Below are positions 1 to 13,500 of a stretch of 64,000 bases of DNA, in pieces. Below the pieces are notes generated by a model, which ran no database searches, had not been told where the DNA came from, and saw only the letters and a list, made by a program, of their open reading frames with translations. The stretch spans positions 7,720,741 through 7,784,740 of the forward strand of contig OZ037768.1 of assembly GCA_964035545.1 (NCBI GenBank), in the 5' to 3' direction. Source of the stretch: Bugula neritina (taxonomy: Eukaryota; Animalia; Bryozoa). Numbering within the stretch: the stretch's first letter is position 1; each line of letters begins with the position of its first letter. Made by a program: the position numbers and the translations under genes.

Positions 1-311
1 AAATTTTATATTTTGAAAAGGATTAAGCTATTTTTACTGATATTGTGTGTGGTGTCTTGTCAAAAATTATTTTAGTCTATAGATAATAAATTATTTGCAG
101 TGATGTAGATTTTTGTGATTGGAACAATTTATTACGAATAAAACAATGTTTTCAAATTTGGTTAGTTATATAATAGTTATAAAAGTATGTTTCTCAGTGG
201 TTTTTCAATTAGCAAGTTAATCAGCCAGAAATATGTTGCATGCAGCATGATTACTTATACTTATTTTATTTTGATAATTATTGCATGGTTATCATATATA
301 TTATATTTTAG

Positions 312-2737
312 CATGCCTCAAACACCTTTTCGGATTATCCAGAAATATAACAATTTTGCTCACAGCACTTACACCCCTCCGCGGTCTCTTGAAGATTTGA
401 CAAAAATTGATAGCTTTACTGAAGAGTTATCATCTCAATCTGGGAAAGCTTCTCTTCCTCCTGCATCTAAGCCAACTGCAGGTACATATGTACTGAGTGA
501 AACTGTTAATAAGAACTTAAGAATTAATAAAGTTTTATTGTTTACATAGCTCACTGTTGGAGTCAGAAGCTTCTCTTTAAAATGGGATGTTGAAATATGA
601 TATTGAGTTTGCTAAAAAAAACAAACATCCATCAAAAGCCAAAAGAGATTATTTATTTTTATCATTTCTAAGTTTGGACTGGTTATATATGTAGTAGATA
701 AATTTTACACCACAAATAATCATTGAGTACATTGGAGAGACATTTTGCATTAATAATCTATATGACAGGAAAGTAATGCAAACTTTTCGTTTAGGGGATC
801 ATCTTCCAGTTGTACTTGATTATACAAGTTTGCAAGAAGTTGATGACGCAATCACTATATACTTCCATAATGGTGAGCTTAATACAGTAAAAGTGAAAAC
901 CTTTGTTAGACAAGATGATCTTCCATCAAAGGAAACCCAGCCAGAAAATGTTTTGCTCCAATCAGAAACATTGAAAGAGCCAGCGGAAGAAGGAAAGACT
1001 ATGATTACCACCATTGAAGTCCACCAAGAACTGGAAGTTGATAACTCGGAACAAGCTTCAAAACAAGAGTCAGTTGACAGCATTTCGAATGTTGCACCCC
1101 AATCAGAAATATTGCAAGAGCCAGTAGAAGACAACAAGAATATGATGACTACCACTATTGAGGTCCACCAAGAACTGGAAATTAATAACTCAGAACAAGC
1201 TTTAAAACAGGAGTCAATTGACAGCATTTCGAATTCTTTAGCTGGATTTGATTTGCCAGATGACACATCAGCAAGTTATGAGAGTGTGAATGGTGATAAC
1301 CCAGCACCCGGTTCACTCAGGACCGAGTCTTCTGCCAGAGTTTCATTCTCAACACAAGAGATGCTCACAGAAGTACAGCTTCAACATGAAATCGAAAATT
1401 CTAGCTCTGCAAAGTTACTCCCTGCTAATGCTACGAATAACAAAGAAGATTCATCTGTCATTCCAATAACGAAGCCAGATGCAGAGGCCGAAAATCTGCT
1501 ACTAGTTGAACCACAACTTTCAGCTGAACAAGATGGAATCTCTAATATTTCATCACACGAAGAAACAAAAAGTGAAAATTCTCTAAGATCTTCTCCTTCT
1601 CTTCCGCAATTCTCCCCACCAATAGCGTCTCAATCTACCTTTCCTGATATCATTGATCTTCTTGATCAAAAGTTAGACTTCTCAACTCATCTGGACAATG
1701 ACTATGTATCTCCAGTGCCACCCGAATCAACTCTTGACAAGAATGCAGAAGGCGCAGAAAACATGCAAGTAATGGTTGGTGCAACAGAAAAAATTCCTCA
1801 ATCACCAGATACTATGGAAAAAGAATATCTTAAATTTGCAGAAAATGAGCTCAAAACGGATGAAGAAAAGCATGTCAACTCTGCTGATCTTGATGACAGA
1901 ATTCTTGAAACAGTTAATTCTGATAATGATAATGCAGTCAGTGGTGAAAAACCATCTTTTACAGGTATAGTGCTTACCGTGTAAGAAGTACTAAGATATT
2001 ATATGAGTTATATAAAACGGTTTTTATGCTTTATTTAAATGAAATTATTTCCAACTGTTTCCATTGTTTTTCAATGATTTGGTTGCCAAATTACTAGAAC
2101 AGAAAATGTAAAATTGTATACAATTATTTGTTTTGAGAATATTTTATCAAAATTATTTTTATTTTGGAAAGACGATATGCTATTATACTATAACTAAGCT
2201 AAATGAAGTAGTAATATGTATGTGATGCCATATTACTACAAGTTTCATTTATAGCTGAATTGTTGGTCAGCCTAATACAATATTTCCTAAAAGTTTCATG
2301 ACCTAATAATTGGGCTAAAATAAGGTTAAGTTTATTCTGTAAACAAATTGTAGTTTTTTAAATGATTAGCTGTGACCTCTATAAAAGAAGTTTACCAAGT
2401 ATTACACCATTAGGACACCTCTTTCTTAAAATTTCTAATGCAATCACGTCTCGTTTTCAAAGTACATTTGAATTATAGCTTTTGGATTCTCTTATAAACA
2501 AAGGATTGTGAACTCATTGCTAATTTGGTTGCATAATATTAATATAATGGGTTATATTTTCATTTACATATAGCTGATGCAGGCAGCAAGACTCCTGATG
2601 GTGAAACAACTGGCGATACAAACTTCGACTTGAAGTCATCCACGGCTTATAAGTTGAACTACAGAGCTTACAAGAAAAAGATATCCAATAAACATGATAC
2701 TGTCTCTAATTTGTTTGAGTATGACCCTTTAGGATAG
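312..2737 (+). CDS. 3' exons of an uncharacterised gene encoding an acidic Ser/Glu-rich, probably disordered protein
   Basis: Exons 312-481, 795-1964 and 2574-2737 have AG/GT boundaries and join in phase 1 (TA-G|GG-DH; FT-G|CT-DAG). The protein ends ...SNLFEYDPLG* (TAG 2735-2737). The 5' part is probably outside the window. No family recognised. Confidence 0.7.
946..1234 (+). repeat. Intragenic tandem duplication of about 141-144 bp (2 copies, ~48 aa)
   Basis: QSETLKEPAEEGKTMITTIEVHQELEVDNSEQASKQESVDSISN versus QSEILQEPVEDNKNMMTTTIEVHQELEINNSEQALKQESIDSISN. Confidence 0.9.
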
Positions 2738-3968
2738 AACTAGATTGTGATTATTGCAAACCTATAATACTTAATACAGAATTATAAGCCATTAGCATAC
2801 ATATTATGTGACCTATATGGCATATAGCTGCACTTTTGTTAGCTTAACAAGACAAGTTTTAATAATCCCACATATTATCTACTTTTCACTGCACTATAGG
2901 TGTTAAACTATTTATTATTTATGCTATAGTAAGTTTTCATGTCTAGTTGTCTTTATATGCTATAAATGTTTTATTAGAATTATAGTAGTGTGTTATAGGC
3001 ACCATTGTAGCGCTTAATTTTTCAGAATTTCTTGCTGGTGAATATTTTATAAATGCTTTCATGCTTATTAGGGCACATAAGATGTGTTAAAAGTGCTAAC
3101 TCCACTACTACATACTTTACTAAAATCCTATCTTGACCCTCCATTCCAAAATAAAGACCTCAAATTTGAATTATACTGTACAAAATATTTTGATGCTGTT
3201 AAAGTGTTAAAAAGCTGTTTTTATTAATATCTTATGTCAATGGTTAATACAAATAATAAATAATAATAATAAATTGCTTGCTGTAGCTGCTTAATAAGAT
3301 CGAAACTTGCAAATTGCTGCCAATTGTAATTAGCAAGTACAGGGCTGAAATAATATATTTAACAAAACCCAGCACCACATACATATAGCAAATACAAGAG
3401 AAGTCTGTGATAAATTAACGGTATAAAAATTATATAATCTATGTTTATGTTAAAGAAGATGCATGATTTAGAAGCATATGAAAGGCTTAATAAACAATTA
3501 AAGTGAAAGTATTCAATGCTATAGTATCTTTTATTATAGTGGAGAAATTGTTTCACTTTATAAAACAGTGCGAAAGATAATTTGAGACTATGAAGATGCA
3601 ATCCTGGACACTAACTATTGGCATTATAACCCTAGTTAATACCCTGCATTAGTGCCACTACTATCCAATATATTTCAACCTAACCTTTATAGAAATGATT
3701 ACATAGAAAACGTTACTATTGTTTTTACCAGGCTTTCAACAAATCAAAGTTACGGAATATTTTTTTAGGAATTTATCAGAGGATTACTGAATTCCACTTC
3801 CGTCATCATGGCTTCCTAGATGAGAAAAGCATCTTAAGACACATTGCATTAAAACCCTTACACCTGCATAGTCTAAGTTACAGCTGTAGCCTATATAGTA
3901 TGTCACAATATTTTATAGATTTGGATAACCCAGGTATAGCCAGATTAGCAGCTGTTAATAGACAAAGT

Positions 3969-6113
3969 CTACTTGCTCTGTGTATTAATCTTTCGAAAAG
4001 TCATGTTAACTCTCACACCTAAAAGGTTTTTTCTTGCAGGAAGAGAATGATACCAATGATTGTTTGTTGGTGGATTCATTACAAGCATACTGCCATGACT
4101 AAGTTCAATTTTTATTTTGTCAGTATTGGGAAGTGGAGGCTTCTTTTTAAGCTTGACAGATTCGTGTCTAAATACAAAGTCCCTAGCTCTGCCAAAGGAG
4201 AGAGATGCTATTGGTGCAGTGAGGTCTAAATCTTTCTCATCATCTTGATGTTCACCCATGCTGTCTTCACCGTCCTTGTATCTGCAGAGTAGTAACAGCA
4301 TATAAGACATTTTGTGTCAGCACTAAATATACAAAATGCTTAGGGCTTGGTAAATAATTATGTTTTTCTGTATGAATAGGAAATTGACATTGCTGACAGT
4401 TTTTAGCTAAAAAAATGATAAGTTTTAAATTTTGCATTAAACCTGAGCTAAAACTATAGCAAAGTGCTAATTTTAAATAACAAAAAATACTTATTACAAT
4501 GTATATTTAGTTGGGTTCATTTAAACTGTCAATTATGTTAGCTACAACACCTAATTTGATAACTTGGAGTTATCTGCTTTTTAGAAAGTGAGTCATTGTG
4601 AAGGGCACATTTAAGTTCTAAAATCACTAGGTAAAACTAAAGTGAACAAATACTGCTTGAAAACAGGAGCATTTTGATTGCTAGAAACACACTTGGACTA
4701 AAATAAACCACATTCCACTCAAATGCACAACTTAATAAGATCACATAAGTTTGAAAAGTACTTTTGAGTCATTATAGAGGTGCATAAACCAACTTGTAGT
4801 TTGACGGTAAACTCTAAACTTCCAAATTTGAAACTAAATCATTAATTCTTTTCAGATTTAAACTTTGATCTTTAACAAAATTGCTGTGGTACTATACAGC
4901 AGAGTGTATGTAAGTGTTGTGAAATGTTGTAGTTCACTAGGGTATATAATGTTGCTGAAAATATAAAATTAAAATAAACCTAAGCAATAAAATAGGTATA
5001 TAAAATAATCCCCTCAAATCATTTCATAGCCTACACCTTGCCATAAGACATAGGCAGTACTCATGCCTCAATCACAGGTGAACTATTTTTAAAAGTATAT
5101 TTGGGCCCAAGTTTCATATTTAATACTTAAGTAAAAGACAGGCAATTATACTTGAGGACCTAATAATATGTTGACAAGGTTAAACACGGTTGGGTCAAGT
5201 TGAAAATAAATGATATGAATCTCGAACATAACATAGCAATCATTTTGAACTGTTAATTACACTAACTCATTTGCTAAAGTTTACTAAAACATTTGATGAT
5301 TACATGACTAATAGCTGAGTTTTCCAACTTTTTGCCAACTGTAAGATGGCAAAGTCGGAAAATATTATACACTCTTTAACCTACAAAATCTCTTCTATAC
5401 TATACCTGTTGATAAGGACAAAGTTGAACTGGCATTGGCAAAGCTCACTAACTCTATCTCTTATTTCAATAAGAAATGGCAACCAGGGTTTTGCCCGCAA
5501 AGAGACACCAGAAAATCTGTACACCATGCCTGGGTCACCATAAGCACTCTAATGAATACAACACAACTTGTTGAAAATATGTGTTGAAAATGTTGAAGAA
5601 TAAAAAATCATTGTGCTAATTGAAAACTCACACACGAGCATTTTCCTATGTTTATATTTGTTCGCAAAACATCTTTGCTAATTCATATTAATTTATAGCA
5701 ACATGATATGCCGCTGTTATTATACTTGATGAAGTAGTGAATAGCATTTCCAGTTTTCAAGATATCGGCTGATGTTATATTTTAGGCAAGTGCAAAATAA
5801 AACCACAAAGGATAAACTTAGAATAATGAATTGTATTGCAAAAGAATATATTGCAATATGCAGTGAAGGTTTGTTTGATGACCTGTTTTCGAGGAATTTC
5901 ATGCCACTTTCCATAAACTTTAACCTTTTTCTCTGCACCAATCGCATAAACCAGGCTGCTTTCACATTCTGCTAATATGAGGTCTGCATCTTTTCGACTA
6001 TAAACTGTGCCATAGCAACATGAAAGTCCGTTAGCAGAGTAATGTTTATGTACGGACAATCTAGGGCAGCAACAATGACTGTCTACTTTGCTAGATGAGG
6101 TAGCTTCAGCCAT
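3969..6113 (-). CDS. ALKBH2: Alpha-ketoglutarate/Fe(II)-dependent DNA demethylase, AlkB homolog 2
   Basis: Exons 6113-5883, 5548-5406 and 4281-3969 join in frame. Motifs: KVYGKWHEIPRKQ, AYGDPG..Y.FSG, FNFVLINRYKDGEDSMGEHQDDE (HxD), LSHGSML.M, WYHSLP, RVNMTFR. An acceptor at 6135-6136 implies an upstream non-coding exon (candidate donor near 7227). Confidence 0.95.
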
Positions 6114-7229
6114 TCTGCATGCCTTAGGCTCCAACTACAAACAAACTTTACACTTATCCAACAAAAATTAAAAATTTCAAAATAATTATCAAACAATACA
6201 AGAGCAATGTCCTATTAAAGCTTTTCTTACAAAAAAGAACTGGCCATAAATCTAACAAAATATAGTTACAATTAAAATATATATTTAGAATTAAGAAACT
6301 TACTGAAAGAATGTTGGTTGACCAGTGCCACAAACACTATAATTTAAAACTTAGTAGTAGTACTCTCATAAACTGAAGCAACATCAAAAACAGTTAATAA
6401 GTGATAAAAAAAATTAATTAAACAAATTACAACCGTCCACAGCAGCATTAAAAATGAAACAGCTATTAAACTGTTTAAATTTTCCTCCTAAATTTCACAA
6501 CTCTATTACTACTGCTTGTTTATGTTACACTTTGTGAAGTGGAAATGTTCTCTTAAAAAGTTTAAGTTCAACTTAAATAAAACTAAAATTTGAAACTCAA
6601 AGTTCAAGTGGCAACTGCTAGGCTTAGTAATACTCATAGTCATAGCGATAGTGATCATTATTATAATACTTGCAAATGACGAAAAATCAAAGTGATTAAA
6701 GCTAAAATTCAAATTAAATCAAATCTATTTAATTTATTAATTGACTTAGTTTGGTCTTGAAATGTTTTGTTTAGACCACAACTTGAACTTCGACTTGATT
6801 TAGAGTTAGACACTAACTTTGAGTTAAATCAAAATGACCATTAACTCATTGTGATTGAGCTTGACTTGAATTTTATGTAACTGCATCTTTAATTGCTAAA
6901 CTTAATAGAATTACTATTACAGAGTATTACTATTAGTATTACTATTAGTATTAGATTAATAAAATTAATAATTTAATTATTTATTACCATCAGTATCAAT
7001 ATGAATATCATAATAAGTAAATTTCAATATTTGTTAATGAGTAAAATTTATACTTTTCTAATATTATTAATTTTTTATATTTATTAAAACATTATAATTA
7101 TTAAGCTAAAATTACATTGTGACAAAGTGATTGTGATTGAGTTTGACAGTGAAAATCAAAATGTGGAATAACTGTAATGAATTAGCTTTGCAATTGCAGT
7201 CGTGCTACCAAAAGTTCACTAGCTTACAA

Positions 7230-7542
7230 TTATAGTTGCAAGCACATTACTGTGAAGCCTCTACAGGTGAGACCGAGGTTTATTAATATAATTAATATTA
7301 TATTTATTTTTGTTCTTGGTATTATTATGAATCATGAGCAACAACACGTGGTTATTTACCGCCAATGTTATTTTGAATTTAGACCGTTGCTCTGAGCATA
7401 TAATTTAATTTAGTCGAGGTTTTAACGATAGTGCTACGAATGTCATTTGAAGACTGTGTTTCATGATTGACCTGTGAACTAAATCAACACAGCTTCCCGT
7501 CAACATTGTCACTCTAGCGATCCAAACTGAAAATATGTGTCA
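7230..7542. promoter_or_regulatory. Probable bidirectional promoter region, ALKBH2 / ELL
   Basis: Head-to-head genes. The region is locally richer in CpG and lies between the candidate ALKBH2 5' UTR exon donor and the ELL ATG. TSS positions are inferred. Confidence 0.55.
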
Positions 7543-10500
7543 ATGATGGCGCTGAAAGAAGGCTGTCAGTACGGATTACTTTCCAACGACTCTACCATCC
7601 GTGCAAATCTCTCCTGTGCTCATGTGAAACTTACAGATGCTGCTGCGAAAGTCATAGAAGACTATCATTTAAAAAATGTAATTAACACACATATAAATAT
7701 TCATTCTTTTTTGACTTGAATCTTACTTGCTCACGTTGACATTTTGATTTTGGTTTTCATTTTGATTACGTTTAACAATTAGTATTACAGTAACTCTTCC
7801 TTTTAGTTTTACTGGTTTACTTTTAGTTGTATTCATACTGATTCACACTTATTTTTAAGTTTAGTTCACATTCGCTATCACCATGACTAATCAACCCGAA
7901 ACTCTGAGACTTGTAGTTGTACTCTGTAATCTAGTTCTAGTTAATGTTATACTTACTCTTACAGTTACTCTTAGTCTTAAACTTATACTTATAGTTATAC
8001 TGAGTATACATTTACTGTTTAGTTTTACAATACACTTTACTGTTGGGCCCAAGAGTGTTACAGTTACTAGTATTACTATTAGTATTAGTATTAGTATCAC
8101 TATTACTATTACAGTTACTACTAATATTAGGTATTACTTATTTACTATAACTTATGAAGCTATAACTTATAAGTATTACTATTACATTTAATATTAGTAT
8201 TACTATTAGTATTAGTATTACCTCTACTTGACTTTAAGTCGGCTTTAGCCTTTACCTTTGAGGTCAAAGTGAAAAATCATTCTTACTTCAAGTCTAACTA
8301 TTTTTCACTCCGAGGGCTGGGGCAAGTAGTGTAATTATTTTCACCAAATGAAAATTTCATGGCAATCTCCCCCCCCTGAAGTTTCACTCTATTCTCAATT
8401 TTGGTTCCACACTATTACAAACTTTTTGATTGCTTAGAGTTAATTAAGTTTGATCAACAATAAATCTAATAAGTAATGGTGAACTTGTTTTCTAATTATT
8501 AATATTATTATTAATACAATATTCTTTAAATTGGCATTTTTGATTCCATCGTTAGTCATGTAAATTTTTTACTTTCTATTTCAATTAATTATTTAGCCTC
8601 GCATCTGACCATTCTATAAAAATATGCTTGTTGACAGTTCATTTTTAATTTGTTTTCCTGTTGACTTGAGTCTGTCACTTACAGTTACGCAGTGATAATG
8701 ATATTGGCAGTCACAGTGTAGCCCTTTAAAAGTAAATATTATCTACTACTCATAGTGGCTTCTTTATAGTTTCTAGATGAGAAGACTGTGTAGTGTGCTT
8801 TGTAGGTTAAATTACAATAAAGTTATCATATTATACATCACTTTATTTATATTTTTTATTAGTAGTCTGCTAGCTTAAATAATAAGTACTATATGCTAAT
8901 GGACACCAATGCTAAGAGAATGTGACTTTATTAAGTTTTTACTTTTGCAATTATTTGCGACATGTTTATTTTAAAGTAAGTAGCTTTTCATTATAAAATT
9001 TTTGTTTCTTAAAAAAAATTAGCTAGCCTTGCTGTAGGTTCCTGTGGTTTGTAAATTTAACGTAGCTCCTTTCTGTTAAACTGTATTTAAGTAACTTGTG
9101 AAGTCTTTTTTTCTACTCGACTTTACTTTCACTGTAAGTTATGGAGTATAAATATTTTATCTTGGGTTAATGAAAATGTTTACATGTTATATTGTGCAGT
9201 TTCATCTGAATGTGTAAGTTGCCTTCATATTTGGTTGATCTTTAATTTTATGTTTTAGAAAACAAACCAATATAAACCTACTATAGAAATTGGTGATGAT
9301 CACGGGGTAAGTTACTGGCTTCTATCTTATTTTATGCTAATACAAGCTAGTGATTTCTGCTAATTACAATCAACCTCCTCATTACATGTTTGTGTATTTT
9401 TGCAGATTATTCGTATACACGATGGCCAAAAGTACAAGGAATTCTATTTTACTGTCAGACCACAGCCGATTGATCCAAACGGAAGCTACGATTGCATTAA
9501 GCAAGCGAGAAATGGGTTAGTCAATAGAATTTGTTATGCATATTTTCAAATGTGTTATCTAGCAGTCTAAGATCAGTATTTATCTTTAGCATATGCACTC
9601 TTATCGTAATCAATACTTTCTCTATTAAATACACGGTCATCAATCATAGTGTGCTTTCTTAACCTCAGTTTAATTTATCTATATATAGATACTTGTTTAT
9701 TAATAGCTGTTATATATCTGTTCTTGGTGTTATAATTGAGTGAAATTGTAGTGGTTTGTTTTTGCGACAGCTTGAAAAGTGTCATGTAACGGATATGACT
9801 ACAAAACAAATAGTGTCTATGACTGACATAGGCTGAGCTTAGAGCTCCCAGAGGAATATTTTTAGTTAATCAGCATTGAAACCGTTAGTTAGACTCATTT
9901 AAGATACACTCTTATTTTTAACTTATTCAAGAGGATGTATTTGACCCTTATCCTAATCACTTTTGGGATGTAATAAACTCAGCAGTTGGAAGTTTTTTGA
10001 TGTCATCAATTGATGATGCAAAGTTAAATAAATTATTGGATTTATACAATCGAAACTAAGCTGCATATTGGATTTTATGCTGTTGATTCATCAGAATAGA
10101 AGGGACTTGCAATAACTGAAGCTTCACCAGTAGTTTGAGCTGCTTGTCGTAGCAGTAGAAGGGTTGATACCATTCCTGGTACAGGCTTGCATCCTTCACT
10201 AATAGTTTCCTGTCGAAACTCTAGTTGCATCGATAATAATCCCTAAAGTCATATCCTTATTCCTGGTGATTAATTTGATTCAAGTCCCACCTCTCGGTTT
10301 TACTGTTCAGTTCTTCTAGTACGACTTGCGCTCATGCGACTTGTGTTTCAACTGCATTTCTCTTACACTCAGTTAATTATTGTAGTAAGTTGGAGATGTT
10401 GGACACGATGAGTCAAAGAATCACAGTCACTGCTACAGATGAAGTGTATCAAACAACCAAAGATAAGTTGACTGTGAAAAACGAGGAAAGCAAAAAATAT

Positions 10501-13500
10501 TGGTATGTCAGCCGGTGAATAGATTGCAGTGAATTCTCCGATAGATTATCTTGGTGTGAGAGCTGATGTGGTGCCCCCCACAAGACGTAGATACTAATCT
10601 AAAGTGCCGTAGGCAGTGCTAACAGTTTCTACTAAGAACATAATATGATTTCAAAAGTATTTGAAGCCGTCAGCTGTTGAAATAATGTAAGATTCATTGA
10701 GATTTAGTCGAATGGATGTGATATGTAGCAAGTGACACCATTATAATAACAATATATCTTAGTACCAGTGGCTGGTACTAAGGGCGAATTTTTCATTAAC
10801 ATTTCCATATAATCTGTCTTTCTTGTATTCTAGTGCGATAATATAATCATTTATCAAAATCATGCCATTTACACTTATCAGCAGTGACATGTCTTATACC
10901 CTCATGTAGTCATGAAGGATTTTTTGCTAATAAATGTGTCCTTTACTACTCAGCTGGTCAGACTAACTTTAATTAAGCGCACAAGTAACTGGCACAAGTA
11001 ACTGCTTGCGGTTGCAGTAAGATAATGGTTGTAGAATTTTAACTGCATTAACTAACCATTAATTATTTGTAGTGCAAAGGAGATAGATCAAACTAAAGGA
11101 GGCGTCAAATCTAAAAAGATTACAAAAACCATTCGAACGAATCACAATGGAATGGCACTGACTTCATCTGCCCGCTCAACTTCTATATCACAATCAAATT
11201 TGAAACAAACCAAAAATGACTCCACATCTGATTTACCCACGAGGTCTCCCAACTCAAACTCACATTTTCCGGGTGGGTTCAGCACCTCCCCACCATCTTC
11301 TGCAGTCACCGCTCAGTCCAACACCTACAACAGTTCAGCAACCATGGCAAACTCTCAGACAAACGCAGCTAAGATGTTGGATAAGCTGAAACGGAAGCAG
11401 CAAACCAAGAGGAATACGCAGGCCAAAGAGGCAGCTGTTGCACACAATAAGACGGTGGCTCCAAGCAAATCTGAACGGGAGAAGATGAAGGCCGCCCTAC
11501 TTACTGTCCCTATTAGGTAACAAAGCTAAATTGTACACATAATTTAGTGCTTAGTTATCATAATTCCATTGTGTGCTAAACACCATCAGATGTAAGCCAA
11601 CCTGGTCTATGAGTCTCTATAAGACAGCGTATGCACTGTATTTCGAAATATCTAGGTGACAGACCCTCTGTTTGGTACTAGAAAAGAAATGAACAGTTCC
11701 ATTGGTTGGCAAAGTTATTAATACCTGTACTTAAAGTAATCACTGGGTTAAAAGTTGTAAGCCTGCTGTGATAAGCTGATTATAGAAGGTATTCAATAGT
11801 GTTACTGTATTTCACTGCTACAAATGACTTCATAATAGCAGTTTTTGGTAATGAGTTCAAAAGAAAGCTTACAATGGGGGCTGGTATAATGGTAATAAGC
11901 TTTAGTTTCAGACCCACAATACTCCCTTCAGTTTCCTGCCTAGTAAATAGGGGGGGGGGGAGGGGGGGTCATTGTTACTTGCAATTGAGCCAGCAATGCT
12001 AATTTTTAATTTATTACGGTTTTTAAAACTTCTTTTTATTATTAAATTCTATAATAACTTTAATGTTAGACTCAACACACTTGTTACGTAATCATGCTAC
12101 GGGAAGCTGTGACAGACAGAAGATAATAAGGTTGAGTAGCACCTCAGTAAATGCTGGTGCCAGTTATCCAACTCTTGAGATCTTAGCACTGCTACTTATC
12201 ATCTTAAATGAGCGGAAATGAATTATTAAACAAAGTCTTCCGCAATCTTTGCTCCTTACTGGTTCTGTGCTGTGGATAAATTGTAGCAGATCTAAAAAAA
12301 GTGCTTTGCATCTCCGCAATATTTTCAAGACCTGTCAAATAGTTCACCACACCTTAAACACTAACCCAGCCATGTAGTCTATCACCACCTTAACTATTTG
12401 ACTATAAAATATAGCTTGTTAGCCAAACTTCGTTCTATTATTAGTAGCATAGGTTTAGAATAGGACTACTTCAGGGAGGACTGTAATGTTTGCACCTTGG
12501 TGATTGCAGCGGTTCTGACAGGCGCATGCTGTTTGATTATGGGGTGCTGGGGTTAAGTTGTAGTCTTAATAGGCGCTTGAAAATATTGCAGCACCAAACT
12601 ACATTGTATAACATATGAAAAGCAAGTCTATTATAGTACATGTGTTTATTTAGTATCACTTCCCTGTGTAAAGAATGTAAATAAACTGTTTACACTACTG
12701 TTATGTTGTTTATGGTATGGAAGTTGTTTGAGCTGTTACTTTTAGTTGACTCTTTTAACTAATGAAAATTTCGGGGTAATTATTTGTCCCCTTTTTGATA
12801 GTTAATTTCAGTCTAGGCTTACTAAGTTGACTACCAGTTCCGTACACTTAAAAGATTTTGCTCTAAGAAATTAGTTCTCTAAAACAACATAACTGACTTA
12901 TACTTGCTTGCCAAGTTCCCCTCTCTGAAGTTCGTAGAAATGCTTTGCTCTATGGTAAAGTTAGATTTTGCCAGTAATTTGATTTTTTATGACTGAACTG
13001 GTTAAATTGGAAATATTTTAGACACCTTATACATGCCTGGCCAATCAATCACTTTGCTGTCGTATTTTTCTGCATATGTAACAGCATGAGCTTAGCACTA
13101 TGCAGTATGTAGTGATCAATGCTTCAAACAAAATCAAATGCTAAAATTAAAATAGAAAAAGTAGAGTTTTTTGTTTTCAAAGTTGTAGCAAATCAACAAA
13201 TTGTTGTAGTGATAATTTATGACGCGTGAAATAAGTCTTAAGCTACTGGGAGATGGCTTGAATATGATAAACAGTGTTATTTTATTTCAATATACAATTG
13301 CTTAATTCACATGTACCTATCAAAAGTAAGTTTCCTCCTGATATTTTTGTGGAAGTAGCAAGGTCAAAATATTTGACCAAGTAAAATTTATGCTACAGCT
13401 TCTGCTGTAGATTATTAAATGATCTAATATAGCTGAAAAGAGTTGAAAAATTGCAACACTGATGAGTTGGTGATTCTTGCATGTTTTAGACCGTTTGTAA

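Noticed and set aside
820-1266. Antisense ORF (also 27910-28272, 30243-30431, 38347-38598, 48774-49016)
   Set aside because: Shadows of real exons on the opposite strand.
7883-8191. Hydrophobic alternating-residue ORFs on both strands (also 6509-6712 and 43118-43333)
   Set aside because: By-products of the 6-bp-periodic non-coding tracts; no splice or homology support.
10070-10270. GC-richer coding-looking segment on the minus strand in an ELL intron (similar ones near 12100-12400, 14230-14490 and 15190-15480)
   Set aside because: No recognisable motif or consistent splice signals; probably decayed mobile DNA, but I cannot support a call.
11940-11975. Poly-G/C tracts (also ~8368, ~16757 and ~31063) as possible G-quadruplex elements
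   Set aside because: Short, with flanks not clearly homologous; likely transposon remnants and no evidence of function.
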